DNA of 63,919 nt, filler included, from Craspedostauros australis (taxonomy: Eukaryota), in NCBI GenBank assembly GCA_030167865.1. It is 15 parts of 15 records of this genome, joined end to end, with 100 filler letters (N's around TTAATTAATTAA, not from the genome) between each part and the next. Parts side by side here need not be neighbours in the genome. Positions count along the whole stretch, not along the records: positions 24,182 to 29,324 come from JALAGF010005457.1; positions 29,425 to 31,518 come from JALAGF010005458.1; positions 31,619 to 35,192 come from JALAGF010005459.1; 12 more parts are not named here. One strand, written 5' to 3'. Positions 24,182-35,292 of the stretch are shown here, piece after piece (the stretch's first letter is position 1; each line of letters starts with the position of its first letter). Both the position numbers and the translations under genes were made by a program. The notes under the pieces were generated by a model. That model was not told the origin of the DNA, did not search any database, and saw only the letters and a program-made list of their open reading frames with translations.

Positions 24182-27100
24182 TGTGTGCATCTTTCTAGAC
24201 GATTCTGACCCAGTGAGTGCACCCGAACGCAGCAGGAACTTCACTCGACTGAAGGATAAGTGTCCTAGACGATAGTGCCATCGAAGAAGTTCCTTTTGCG
24301 GTTGGGTGAGATTCACATTGTGGTCCGATACGGTAGAGACGATGGACGTTAGTGCAGCTGGCACATCATGAATGTTGTCGGCGCTGTAGCCAACGGATGT
24401 TGGCAACCTTGTGGATTTCTTGTAGTTCGCTACGATTGCATTGCGATCGTTGCTTCCCAGGATTCCGCTGAGTTTGCAGGAGGACTTGTCGAATACGATC
24501 GTTTCTCCCTGATACTCTTCGAGAAGACTGGAAGTGCTGATTAGCTTGACCTTCGATTCGGGAACATGGAAAGCAGGAAGTCGCAATTTGCGAGGACTTC
24601 CAGTCACATCAAGAACATACCACTCGACAGTTCCCAACGCATTCACTTGGATTTTCTTGAGGAACCCGTTGAGAAAGGTCGGTCTTGGTGGAGGACTTGG
24701 AGTAGAACAGAAATCGTTGAGGTCATTTGTCACAGAGATTGACGCTCCGCTGTCCCATACAAGTTCGAATGGAGCATCGGGCGAGAGATAACTCTCAGCT
24801 TTAGCTGGAGATGCAAAAGCATTGCGATTGGTGAAATAAGATGCTAGACCTTGCAGAGTGAGTAGTGCGGGCATGTCATTGTCNNNNNNNNNNNNNNNNN
24901 NNNNNNNNNNNNNNNNNNNNNNNNNNNNNNNNNCCCGTTGAGAAAGGTCGGTCTTGGTGGAGGACTTGGAGTAGAACAGAAATCGTTGAGGTCATTTGTC
25001 ACAGAGATTGACGCTCCACTGTCCCATACAAGTTCGAATGGAGCATCGGGCGAGAGATAACTCTCAGCTTTAGCTGGAGATGCAAAAGCATTGCGATTGG
25101 TGAAATAAGATGCTAGACCTTGCAGAGTGAGTAGTGCGGGCATGTCATTGTCNNNNNNNNNNNNNNNNNTTCGATCATACATCAAGTCGATTCCGCGAGT
25201 TGGGTACAGGCTCCAGAGGTTTCGTGAGATGGATGAGGTGCGACCTTCCTGGCGGGGCAATTTTGCAGTCGTGAGTGGTTGTTTTTTACCATAAGTGGAA
25301 GTTTTCGACTGGTTCCGGTAACGACGTTTTGATCTGTGATTGCGAGTTTTGGTCCGGGCCTGGGGGTGCCACACACGTTTTGTTCGTGGGGATTTTCCTT
25401 TCGACACGTTTACGGGTTTGGGTCCATCTGGGTCGAGACTTTCCATCAGAAGGTCGTAGAGACTGCGTTTCACAGCCCCATTGAAGTGTGTTGGACGTTT
25501 GTGTACTTGCTTGAACCGTTCTTTGACTCGTGCCTTGTTGTAGACTAGGTCAGNAGGGTTGATTGCGTCGGGTCTTCGTGGGACGTTCGTGTGGAGGAGT
25601 AGTAGAGTCACGGCNATNAGCATCCAGGCGTTAGCTGCCGCGATGTACCACCCATACTCTACTCCGATGGTGATGACTTGGAGTGAAGCGAAGAGGAGAA
25701 CCAGTCCGATGATGCTACCGGAGTAGTTGAAGGAGGTGAAGAGGTTCCAAATGAGGGACCACCAGGTGTCTTCGTCTTGGCTGGAGGCGGCTGTGAAGCA
25801 CGTCCACGCAGCCATGTCGATGGAGAGGTTGTCCTGCTTGGGAACGTTCTTGCCCTTTGCCTTCGCCTTGAACTTGAAGTTGTCCTGGTGGCTCTCGGTG
25901 TTGTGNNNNNNNNNNNNNNNNNNNNNNNNNNNNNNNNNNNNNNNNNNNNNNNNNNCCAAGTGCGTATGAGAGAATAGCGGGTGAACGATGCACATATACA
26001 CGTACATCTTGACGTATACTCACATGTACATCTCGACAGTCGATCAAGTCGGAAGATTTCGCGCCAAAACGAGAATTTCTCCCATCTGGTTGACACCGTG
26101 TCCGGTGGTAGTCTGTCCCTCATTGAATCTCAACTGGGAGTTTCCTTTTGACACGTTCACGGGTTTGGGTCCATCTGGGTCAAGGCTTTCCATCACGAGG
26201 TCGTAGAGACTGCGTTTCACAGCTCCATTGAAGTGTGTGGGACGTTTGTGTACTTGCTTGAACCGTTCTTTGACTCGTGCCTTGTTGTAGACTAGGTCAG
26301 TAGGGTTGATTGAGTCGGGTCTTCGTGGAACATTCGTGTGGAGGAGTAGTAGAGTCACGGCAATAAGCATCCAGGCGTTAGCTGCCGCGATGTACCACCC
26401 ATACTCTACTCCGATGGTGATGACTTGGAGTGAAGCGAAGAGGAGAACCACTCCAACGATGCTACCAAAGTAGTTGAAGGAGGTGAAGAGGTTCCAAATG
26501 AGGGACCACCAGGTGTCTTCGTCTTGACTGGAGGCGGCTGTGAAGCACGTCCACGCAGCCATGTCGATGGAGAGGTTGTCCTGCTTGGGGACATTCTTGC
26601 CCTTAGCCTTCGCCTTGAACTTGAAGTTGTCCTGGTGGCTCTCGGTGTTGTGCGAGAGACGCCAGCGGTGGCACTTGGCGCACCACATGAACGTCTTGTC
26701 GTTGACAAGCTTGCGCTGTGGTTCACTGGGCTTGGGGGCTTTGGACAACCAGCTCTGGCCGGCGTTGCGTTTGGCGTCGCGTTCCTTGGGCTTCTTGGAG
26801 TTGTTTCTCCTTCCGTCGTTCCTGGAAAAACCCTTGTGTTGCTCGAGGACGTTGGCGCTTGGGTTCTGGACGGCGTTGTTGGCGTACGAGTACCTGGGCA
26901 CGTTGCTATCTTTGGTACGCCTGATGGCGTGCCAGCGATTTCCGCGCACTTTGTTCTCGTACGACGACTCGGCCTTGCTGCAGATAGCCATCCATGTGAG
27001 CTCTTTTGCGGCAAGCTTGGGAAGAGCGTGCTTGTATGTGAAGACAGGGAGACGCATGAGGATTTCCTCAAGGTCATCCTTCATCACATAGAGAGGACGT

Positions 27101-28203
27101 CGGTACTGTTCACCAGACTGGATCTGTCCTCCCACCTGGAGGAAGGCATCGAGGATCGTTCGGAGGAGACGGAGGTCGAAGCGACCGGCGTCGTCGAGAC
27201 GCTTGCAGAGGGCACGAAGGTGGACCGCCATGAGACCAACATTTTCGTTTGGGAAGGTTCCGCAGTTGACCCCGCGGATCTTTGCAGCGAGGGCATCTGG
27301 TTCATCCAAGGAGTTAGCCGAGTTGCTGTTCATGAACTCAACGAAGAGAGTGATGAAGTTATCGTGGAACTTTGGCTTGATTCGGTTCATGAGTTGGTCT
27401 TCGAGGACTGGATCAAGACTTTCACGGAAGAACGCTGAGGCTGTCTCGTTGTTCTGGACGTTGTAGTGATCCCACTTCAGGTGGTACTCGTTGAAGTGTT
27501 TGGTGGCATCTTCAAGAGCGAAGGCAGCTGGTGAGTCCAGGACGCAGGTCATTTCTGACTCTGCGTTAGCGTCAGCGATGTACGCCATGGTGAGGAGTCC
27601 GGTTCTTGCCATGTGATTTCGCACCAGGCGGATGAACTGCTGGATGTTCCCTCCCTTCTTGAACTTGTTGGCGAGTCCTTACTCTCGCTTGGACTGGTTG
27701 GTGGAGTCAGCACCGTTATGGAGGATTCTCTGTTGTTGAGAGTTGGTCCACCTGGTGTGTGACTCATCTTGGAGGCCGGTCCACTGCGCGTTTGGTGCGC
27801 CTGTGGTCCAGGGTACCCAGTTGCGTCCTTGCTTGAGGAGACCTCCCATGATGGGAACGGTTGGTTTCCCAGAGAGGTCATCGTCGTCGTCGTCACTGTC
27901 CTTGCCTGACTTTCTGCTCTTCTTGGGCATGGGTGTTCCCATGTCGAAGATGCTGTCATCGAGGAAGGACTGGTCCGTCCGGGTTCGTGCGGCGCCAGCC
28001 GATCGGCTGCGCCCAAGACCGGAGCGGCTTGGGGTCGTGGTGGCTGTTGCTGCTGCTTGGGCAGTGGCTACAGCCGCGTTCGCCGCTTGTGCGGCGGCTT
28101 TGGCCGTCAACGTCGCCTGTGTGAGGCGGGCGTTTTCGACCGTGATCGCTTCGAGCTGTGCTTGTAGCTCTTCCAGCGTGGCAGGGGTTGTCTCTTCCGC
28201 CAT
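24182..28203 (-). mobile_element. Ty1/copia gag-protease-preintegrase region (two collapsed or partial copies, disrupted)
   Basis: Gag frame runs from 28203 with one in-frame TAA at 27679. Zinc knuckle WCAKCHRWRLSHNTESH, protease LVWDSGAS, GAG-pre-integrase ELLRWHYRLGHLS. Segment 26137-26650 is repeated with substitutions at about 25390-25905. Confidence 0.9.
25956..26136 (-). mobile_element. Nested insertions in the copia ORF: LTR-A end (25956-26038) abutting repeat C terminus (26039-26136)
   Basis: Matches to LTR-A and to 2358-2456. The copia ORF diverges from its sister copy exactly at 26136. Confidence 0.85.
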
Positions 28204-28619
28204 GATTGATAGTGGGGACTTATCGAGTAGTCTTGGGACGTCGAGGGGATCGATCTGTTTGCCTTCTCTTGCTCTTGCTCGGCTTCACTTCGTTTGGAAG
28301 GTGTGCACTGCGGTTCGATGCAGACTTGGAGAGGCTCGTACTTGGTCAGCAAGTGCGGTTACAGCTTGCTTTGGCAGAGGCTACTGAAGTTCGACCTTGG
28401 GTCGCTTATCTTCAGCTGGGACCTTTGTCCTCTTGAGTGGCTCGGTTTTCGAGCGTTGGTGGTCTGATTTCAAATCAGATGCTTGCGATGAGGACGTGGT
28501 CCTTTGTTGGAAGCTCGGTCTGTGAGCTGTGCCTTTTGGCTTGGTCTCAGAGAGACTCTTGCGATCGGTTGGCAGAGGAAGATGCTCGGTGGAGTTGATT
28601 TGAATTGAGAGTATTTGGC

Positions 28620-28637
28620 AACCACTCGCAGCTACCA
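28620..28637 (-). promoter_or_regulatory. Primer-binding site complementary to a tRNA 3' end (probably initiator Met)
   Basis: Minus strand TGGTAGCTGCGAGTGGTT lies ~420 nt upstream of gag. It implies a tRNA end AACCACUCGCAGCU-A-CCA with U72/A73, as in initiator tRNA. Confidence 0.75.
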
Positions 28638-29029
28638 GTTAGGATTCGGGCGTAGTCGGCGCGAATCGGTGGAGGATGTCTCTTGGATCTGCCGGCTTCG
28701 GGATAGCCGTGTGATGCAGTTCAAGAGAGGTGTACTGATTGAAGAGTTGTTACTGTAACAATGAGTAGATGAGTGCTTTGTAGCTAATCCTTGTCTGTTT
28801 ATTATGAGTTAGCTTTGCAGTGTTAGTAGGGTGAAGAAACGATGCCACACAACTTGGTGAGACCCTGCACTGATGTACTTGGTTCAGTGCTACAGGGTAG
28901 GCGATCATTACAGTGCCTTGCTCTCCATACATGTAGACACACTGCAGTGTAGGTCATGACACCTGGTAGTGACGGTCATGAAGCAGTGGCTGTGGCTGGA
29001 GCTGACCCTCGGATTCCATTGCTTAAGTT

Positions 29030-29324
29030 TGTTGGCAAGTTCCGCTCACGGTAACCTACGATCGTGGAAGATGGTATTGGTTGATAGTCGTTCGTTTGCT
29101 ATTTCATTACGTTGGCACTCCGATACTCTCGGTGTCNNNNNNNNNNNNNNNNNNNNNNNNNNNNNNNNNNNNNNNNNNNNNNNNNNNNNNNNNNNNNNNN
29201 NNNNNNNNNNNNNNAGATCCTCTCTCGCTCCTCTCTGTATTCTCTCTCTCTCTCTCAACATCGTGTGCTCGTGCTACACGATGCTTCGTGTTCGATGCGT
29301 ACTCCGCATTCGACACTCTGTTCA
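29030..29324 (-). mobile_element. LTR-A, partial (3' end)
   Basis: Plus strand begins TGTTGGCAAGTTCCGCTCACGG, as at 21929 and 44296. Confidence 0.9.
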
Positions 29325-29424
29325 NNNNNNNNNNNNNNNNNNNNNNNNNNNNNNNNNNNNNNNNNNNNTTAATTAATTAANNNNNNNNNNNNNNNNNNNN
29401 NNNNNNNNNNNNNNNNNNNNNNNN

Positions 29425-31518
29425 ACAAGTCAGCCATTTCATGGGACTTGTGCCATCCTCCTGTAGTTGGAATGATATTAACAATAGTTCATTTGATGTT
29501 GACAGATACTTCATTGTGTGTTGACTGTTGCATCACGGTCTCCCGTGTTGTTGTGTGTTGTGGCTGGTTGTACCGTGTGGTGTTGTGTGTGTGTGTGAGC
29601 ACGTGGATGTGTGAGTATCACAGTTGATGGTGTTGACTTCCCCCTCCTCCCCCACAAGTCAGCCATTTCATGGGACTTGTGCCATCCTCCTGTAGTTGGA
29701 ATGTGTTAACAATAGTTCATTTGATGTTGACTTGTTGTTCATTGTGGGTTGACTGTTGCATCACGGTCTCACGTGTTGGTGTGTGTTGTGGCTGGTTGTA
29801 CTGTGTGGCAGTGTGTGTGTGTGTGAGCACGTGGATGTGTGAGTATCACAGTTGATGGTGTTGTTCCCCCTCCTCCCCCACAAGTCAGCCATTTNNNNNN
29901 NNNNNNNNNNNNNNNNNNNNNNNNNNNNNNNNNNNNNNNNNNNNNNNNNNNNNNNNNNNNNNNNNNNNNNNNNNNNNNNNNNNNNNNNNNCCCCACAAGT
30001 CAGCCATTTCATGGGACTTGTGCCATCCTCCAGTAGTTGGAATGATATTAACAATAGTTCATTTGATGTTGACAATAGTTCATTTGCCATTGACAATGTT
30101 CATCTGCCATTGACGATGTTCATCTGCCATTGACCATGTTCATCTCACATTAACGTGGTTGCACGTGTTATCACATGTTGTTTGTGTTGTACTCATGCAT
30201 CACTATCTCCATCACCAAGTCGATTCAGAGTGTGGTTCTTGTTGTCACACGTGTGTATGGTCACGGTGAACATGTGTGTGCTTACATGTACATGACACTG
30301 TGTATTGCAAGTACTGGTTGATGTTGAGTACTTTGATCATCGATATCTCACGCTGTAGATGTCCGTTGAAGGTGGTAGAAGTGTTGATGTGTGTGTATGG
30401 ACGTGGTGCGTGTGTCTGTACACATAGATGCACGTGAACATGTGTACATCATGGTGTAGCGTGCTGTACATGTTTAACACGGTGTATCGCGTGGCTCGTA
30501 GTATCTCGTGTTGTTTGGGAGCTGCGGATGATGAACATTCGTCCGCACTTTCGGGGAGTTGCGGATCATCGACATTTTCCATACAAAAACGTCCGTCCTT
30601 CGACCGTGTTTATTGCGTGCCCATTCAAACGTCTGTACGTCGTCCGTCAATCGACCCAAAGTTCGGTCTGGCCGTCGTACGTCACCGTGTTAAATCTTAG
30701 GGTTTAACAAAACTGGAAGCTATCCCCTATAGTGGTATATCTAGACTCCACCACCGTAGACTTATCTGTCTGCAAACCGTGTTGAAGCATGATTGCTGCA
30801 CTCCTGTGTGTGTCTTGTAGTTGTTGGTTCATCTACCATTAAGGATCTTCATCTAACATTCGTGTGTTGAACGTGTTATCACGTGTTGTTTGGGTGGTAC
30901 TCATGCATCACTATCTCCATCACCAAGTCGATTCAGAGTGTGGTTCTTGTTGTCACATGTGCGCGTGGTCATGGTGAACATGTGTGTATGCTTACATGTA
31001 CATGACACTGTGTATTGCAAGTACTGGTTGATGTTGAGTACTTTGATCATCCATATCTCACCTTGTAGTGGTCCGTTGAAGATGGTACAAGTGTTGACGT
31101 GTACGTATGGACACGCTGCGTGTGTGTGTACACATAGATGGCCGTGAACATGTGCTCATCATGGTGTAGCGTGGTGTACATGTTAGGGTTAGGGTTTACA
31201 GTAACCTGTAACCTTAGGGTAACAACCGTGTTATTTCAGAAAGTGACATTTCAACGCAATCAAAGACTAATGTTCACAGCAGCTCATCTGCATCCATGCA
31301 CTGTCATGTTGAGACTGTTGAGCGTGTTGTATCTCATATTCTTGTGTGATATTAGGTGTCATGGTGTGCAGTGTCATAGTCACATGTGGCATACTGTGAT
31401 ATCGTGTGTGTTGTGGCTGGTTGTACCATGTGGCACTGTGTGTGTGTGTGAGCACGTGGATGTGTGAGTATCACAGTTGATGGTGTTGACTTCCCCCTCC
31501 TCCCCCACAAGTCAGCCA
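29425..31518. repeat. TG-rich complex satellite (~228-bp tandem unit plus a ~330-bp duplication)
   Basis: ACAAGTCAGCCA recurs at 29425, 29654, 29880, 29995 and 31507. About 30150-30475 is repeated at 30865-31185. Short TTAGGG motifs at 30698 and 31183-31194. Confidence 0.85.
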
Positions 31519-32776
31519 NNNNNNNNNNNNNNNNNNNNNNNNNNNNNNNNNNNNNNNNNNNNTTAATTAATTAANNNNNNNNNNNNNNNNNNNNNNNNNN
31601 NNNNNNNNNNNNNNNNNNTAATTGACTGGTTGATACAGCCGACCCATACGACTCCAGGGCATCATCCGCAGGAAGAAGACGGGACACACAGCGGGAATGC
31701 AAGCCATGTGCATCACCCCGCAATGGAGACCCAAACTTAACGGTTATAACGGCCACACTAGGGCCACATCCCTAAGTAAGGACAATTCGAACCATGTGCG
31801 ACAACGGCCATTTGATGGCAATGCGGAGCTCACAAAATGATCGCCCGCGGCGACAAAATCGACACACAAACAAAAACTCAAAAACACGGAATGCGCTATC
31901 GATGACACCAATTGCAAACCCATCAGAGAAGATGCAATCGGATAGTGAAGCCGGACCAAGACCCGCTTCGAGCAAATGAGAAACGAAGGAGGTCGAACAC
32001 GAGGAGATTGAGGAGCCTGCAAGAGAAAGGAGAAAGAGAGAAGAGAAACAACAAGCAGAGAAGCGATGCGACAAGCAACAACCGAAACGCGCACAATTTG
32101 GAAAATACGAAAGAATTGTCACACTCCTCGCTTCGGATAACGCTTCCTGCAACGCTTGCTCAGGGGTAACCTAGCAACAACACAACGCCTTCTACACCAC
32201 TTCACGCCTTTCACCTTCTTCTTGAGTCCTCACCATGACCGACCCACCCAATCTCTCCTCGCTTCNNNNNNNNNNNNNNNNNNNNNNNNNNNNNNNNNNN
32301 NNNNNNNNNNNNNNNAAGTAAGGACAATTCGAACCATGTGCGACAACGGCCATTTGATGGCAATGCGGAGCTCACAAAATGATCGCCCGCGGCGACAAAA
32401 TCGACACACAAACAAAAACTCAAAAACACGGAATGCGCTATCGATGACACCAATTGCAAACCCATCAGAGAAGATGCAATCGGATAGTGAAGCCGGACCA
32501 AGACCCGCTTCGAGCAAATGAGAAACGAAGGAGGTCGAACACGAGGAGATTGAGGAGCCTGCAAGAGAAAGGAGAAAGAGAGAAGAGAAACAACAAGCAG
32601 AGAAGCGATGCGACAAGCAACAACCGAAACGCGCACAATTTGGAAAANACGANAGAATTGTCACACTCCTCGCTTCGGATAACGCTTCCNGCAACGCTTG
32701 CTCAGGGGTAACCTAGCAACAANACAACGCCTTCTACACCACTTCACGCCTTTCACCTTCTTCTTGAGTCCTCACC

Positions 32777-35050
32777 ATGACCGACCCACCCAATCTCTCC
32801 TCGCTTCTTGCGTCCGAGGCCTCCGCTTTCGCCAGTATGCCTCCGGCTGTGTCCGGGCCCGGGATCGCAGTCGAGACTGTATCCCCGGTAGCCAGCGGAT
32901 CCGCCCACTCTGGTGATATGGGCAGCGACACTCTCCTCGACCAAGTCGGGATCGGGATGGCCATCGGACATGTCGTGGCTGACGACCGCATCTGCCTGGT
33001 CCGCCTCTCCTCCAAGTCGGAGGACGGCCACACTCTACTCTGTGCTAACTTGGCCAGCGAGTGCCGCCGCAGCAACCACCATGCCCTTCGTCGCGACCCT
33101 GACCGCCGTGGACTCTCGGGAGTGTACCAATGCCTCGACACAACCACGCTTGGCGGAGCACCCCGACGCGATCTCATCGAGAGCAGCCACCAGAGCCGCG
33201 CCGCATACGACTCTACTCGTGCCGCCGCGCTCCGCGATCTCGAGGCTGTCGGCAAGATGGATATCACGGATGCCGCTGCCCGCAACGACAGCGACTCCAA
33301 AAGCGTCGGGGTGGTCGGATTCGACCTCGACACCAAGCCAGCAGGACGACCCGGCATCGATGTACAGCCGACGCCACCTGTCCGCATCAAGACCAACCCC
33401 GCTGGCCCACCACCGACCACCCAGCCAGTGGCATCCGGTCGCACACCCCCGGCCCCATTGATGCGCCCCGTCCCGGTCGTCTCCCGTCCGGTCCTCTCCT
33501 CCCAGCACGGAACACACTACTCTCCTCCTGCTCTGGCCACCACCGCAGCCGACGAACTCATGCATGTGGTGCGTCATCAGGCATCCCTCAACCGTGAAGC
33601 GATGGAGCTCCACCAACGCAAGTCAGAGGAGACCACACAAGCAATGTTGCGTGCACTGACGAATCAGCAGGCGCAAATCACGCAACTGCTCCAACAGGGC
33701 CGTCCCTCCCCGAGTCTCGCTCCCGCACCTGCCCCAACCACGGACACTGAATGGTATGTGGCGATCGATGGACGACGCCCCGGGGTATACACCTCGGCGG
33801 CCGAGGCCATCGCTCAAGCAGGCACCGGAAGCACCGCCCGAGTTCTTCGGTGTGCTTCCTTCGCCGAAGCCGATGCCTACCTCCGTGCTTCAGCGACAAC
33901 CGCGCCCACCTACAGCCAGCCGACGTCACACGACCGTCCACACCCGGCAGGAGCGACACGCCCGGGAAACACACCCGCCGAGTCCCAAGCGGCGACGGCC
34001 TCTCTTCCAGATCGGGCCCCATCTGGCTCCACCAGTATGGGCATCGAACAGTTCCTGGGCGAAGACTCGTCCAAGGGCGACAAGAAACAGATCTTCGGCG
34101 AAGCCATCGACAACGAACAACGCATGCTCAAACACCTTGCCCCGCCACACGCAAGCCAAGAGATCCAGACTGAACTCGCTAAAGCCGCCATCGACGTCAC
34201 CAGCCAACCAGGTAAGGTCACTGATGAACGCACATCCATCGAAGAACTCGCCTCCGCCTTCGGAGACATCCGCAACCAAACCGCTCGATCTGCCGGTCTC
34301 ATCGCCGCCGACTCCAACTGGCGCACCAAGACTCGCCACGCTCTCGGCCGCATCAAGACCTCCAAAGACCTCAGCGAACTCGCGGGTGACTTCAACAGCA
34401 TCCGCGACGACGTGATGACCCGCTATCTCAATGATGTGGGTCACATTCTCCGCCACGGCTGCTACACCGATGAGCAAATCATTCTCTACCAGCAAGGCAG
34501 AGGATGGGTCGCCGTCCTCAAGCTGTTCTTGACCTACTACCATGAACTCCTCCTCAAACTCCAAGAGGAAGCCTTCAAGACAGCCAACGGATGGGAGGAC
34601 TCAGCCGAGGTGTACCTCGAACACTACGCCAAGGCTCTCTTCGACGCACGCAACTTCGCGTCCTCCCGCAATCTCATGATCTTTCGCACATACATCATCG
34701 TACGCGAAGGAGCACGAGGCGGATGGTGCAACCTGAAGGTCCTGGAGAAATTCCAGCAGCGCGCAATCGGCACCCTCGGCCAATCCTCGGCAACGAAGGA
34801 TGACACTGACACCGCTCCAACCAAAACAGGTCGGAAGAAGTGCAAGCACTGCGGAGGATCCAGCAAGGTCCATGAGATCCGCGACAGCGGATGCCCGTTC
34901 GGGTATCTCTTCAAGAAGAAGGTGGCGATGGCGAAAGCCAAACAGGTCGCGAAATGTGTGAACCAAGGCGAGAAAGCCGCCGACGTTATCACCCGCATCC
35001 TGCAGGAAGCAATTGCGAAGCGCGGAGGCGGAGAAGAGGATGATGCCTAA
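32777..35050 (+). CDS. 757-aa protein with RNase H1 N-terminal/caulimovirus viroplasmin-like domain and two Cys/His clusters; probable retroelement ORF1/Gag-like
   Basis: Intact ORF. 'WYVAIDGRRPGVYTSAAEA...CASFAEADAYL' at 33752-33886. N-terminal C..C..C..H cluster and C-terminal CKHC...H...C. Confidence 0.7.
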   Translation: MTDPPNLSSLLASEASAFASMPPAVSGPGIAVETVSPVASGSAHSGDMGSDTLLDQVGIGMAIGHVVADDRICLVRLSSKSEDGHTLLCANLASECRRSNHHALRRDPDRRGLSGVYQCLDTTTLGGAPRRDLIESSHQSRAAYDSTRAAALRDLEAVGKMDITDAAARNDSDSKSVGVVGFDLDTKPAGRPGIDVQPTPPVRIKTNPAGPPPTTQPVASGRTPPAPLMRPVPVVSRPVLSSQHGTHYSPPALATTAADELMHVVRHQASLNREAMELHQRKSEETTQAMLRALTNQQAQITQLLQQGRPSPSLAPAPAPTTDTEWYVAIDGRRPGVYTSAAEAIAQAGTGSTARVLRCASFAEADAYLRASATTAPTYSQPTSHDRPHPAGATRPGNTPAESQAATASLPDRAPSGSTSMGIEQFLGEDSSKGDKKQIFGEAIDNEQRMLKHLAPPHASQEIQTELAKAAIDVTSQPGKVTDERTSIEELASAFGDIRNQTARSAGLIAADSNWRTKTRHALGRIKTSKDLSELAGDFNSIRDDVMTRYLNDVGHILRHGCYTDEQIILYQQGRGWVAVLKLFLTYYHELLLKLQEEAFKTANGWEDSAEVYLEHYAKALFDARNFASSRNLMIFRTYIIVREGARGGWCNLKVLEKFQQRAIGTLGQSSATKDDTDTAPTKTGRKKCKHCGGSSKVHEIRDSGCPFGYLFKKKVAMAKAKQVAKCVNQGEKAADVITRILQEAIAKRGGGEEDDA

Positions 35051-35152
35051 CCTTGTGTTTTCTTTGTCTCTCTCTCTTCTCTGTGCTGCCTACAACTCGT
35101 GCCCACCTCAACGCCAACCAACAAACACCGACACCACCGACCATCCCAGACA

Positions 35153-35153
<1 letters not shown>

Positions 35154-35192
<39 letters not shown>
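35154..35192. repeat. (CA)n microsatellite
   Basis: Direct reading; runs into the gap. Confidence 0.98.
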
Positions 35193-35292
35193 NNNNNNNN
35201 NNNNNNNNNNNNNNNNNNNNNNNNNNNNNNNNNNNNTTAATTAATTAANNNNNNNNNNNNNNNNNNNNNNNNNNNNNNNNNNNNNNNNNNNN

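Noticed and set aside
27679..27681. Programmed stop read-through in gag
   Set aside because: The TAA-GGA-CTC context is not a recognised read-through signal and the element is otherwise disrupted. A point mutation is simpler.
29425..30060. CRISPR-like repeat array
   Set aside because: Entire ~228-bp units are repeated, there are no unique spacers, no cas genes, and the context is eukaryotic.
31776..32776. Apparent tandem duplications flanking ~50-N gaps (also 648-1356/1408-2116, 3122-3180/3231-3289, 35358-35577/35805-35998, 63281-63450/63501-63670)
   Set aside because: Essentially identical sequence on both sides of fixed-size gaps indicates unmerged contig overlaps.
33035..34998. Long antisense and alternate-frame ORFs over GC-rich genes (also over 26044-28387 and 57092-59863)
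   Set aside because: Shadows of codon-biased sense ORFs with no recognisable motifs.
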